A DNA stretch of 64,000 bases from Nymphaea colorata (Eukaryota): contig NC_045138.2 of NCBI RefSeq assembly GCF_008831285.2, positions 29,698,001-29,762,000 of the forward strand, in the 5' to 3' direction. The notes below the pieces were generated by a model. It was given only the letters and a program-made list of their open reading frames with translations, did no database searches and was not told where the DNA came from. Positions 63,604 through 64,000 of this stretch are shown here, piece after piece. The position numbers were made by a program, and so were the translations under genes. The number at the start of each line of letters is the position of its first letter. Positions within the stretch are counted from its first letter, which is position 1.

Positions 63604-64000
63604 ATGAAGAAGACGACCGCTAGTGCGAGTTTTACCAGTATTTTTACCTTCAAAGCACGAAAGGGTCCCGCTCATTGTGGCTCCCCAAGCAGCACCTGCG
63701 CCCTGAAACAAAAGAAGCCCCGCCCTACCAACAGCAGAGCATCCCCCTGTGTATTCAAAATCCGCTGCTGTGCCAAGGATGAACCGGAGAAACCGGCTGT
63801 CGCTTCGAACTCGACTTCTCCTCCGACGCCGCGAAATGCAGGATTGGCCACTGAAAGGGCAGCCTCTGAAGGTTTGGTCTTTGCTTTGGGTAGCAATGGT
63901 TCCTGGGATTCTTGTGAAATTGGCTCCCCAATAGTTGGGAGATACCTAAAGCGATGACGAGGAGAGGTGGTACATGTGGTATCACGGGAGAGTGGAAAAT
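63604..64000 (+). CDS. 5' part of a plant five-bladed beta-propeller glycosyl-hydrolase-like protein (arabinanase/levansucrase/invertase superfamily) with a 1-nt frameshift; runs off the window
   Basis: A basic Ser/Thr-rich N-terminus is followed by GLVFALGSNGSWDSCEIGSPIVGRYL. The family continuation SDDEERWYMWYHGR follows in the next frame after an extra A at 63948-63950. The start codon is uncertain. Confidence 0.75.

Overview
Intron-rich angiosperm nuclear DNA. The species cannot be established from the sequence alone. Eight protein genes were reconstructed by hand with phase-consistent splice sites: the 3' part of a bark-storage-protein/nucleoside-phosphorylase-like gene (+), an isochorismatase/nicotinamidase-like gene (-), a 15-exon LIN/CERBERUS-type U-box/ARM/WD40 E3 ligase (+), a cytosolic type II peroxiredoxin (+), two ACOT13-like hotdog thioesterases (-), a 17-exon malonyl-CoA synthetase AAE13 (-), and the frameshifted 5' part of a five-bladed-propeller glycosyl-hydrolase-like gene (+). 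An old tandem duplication of the PRXII/thioesterase pair kept the second thioesterase and left only a peroxiredoxin remnant. It was then split by a copia element that carries a second, gag-less copia inside its 3' LTR, followed by a 753-bp microhomology-bounded duplication. Other highlights are a U12 AT-AC intron in AAE13 that hosts a 790-bp hAT element, four GC-AG introns, a TRIM in a LIN intron, a triple-nested MITE stack and a degenerate U-box in the LIN homologue. No wholly new biological system is demonstrable; the most novel items are hypotheses and are flagged as such.
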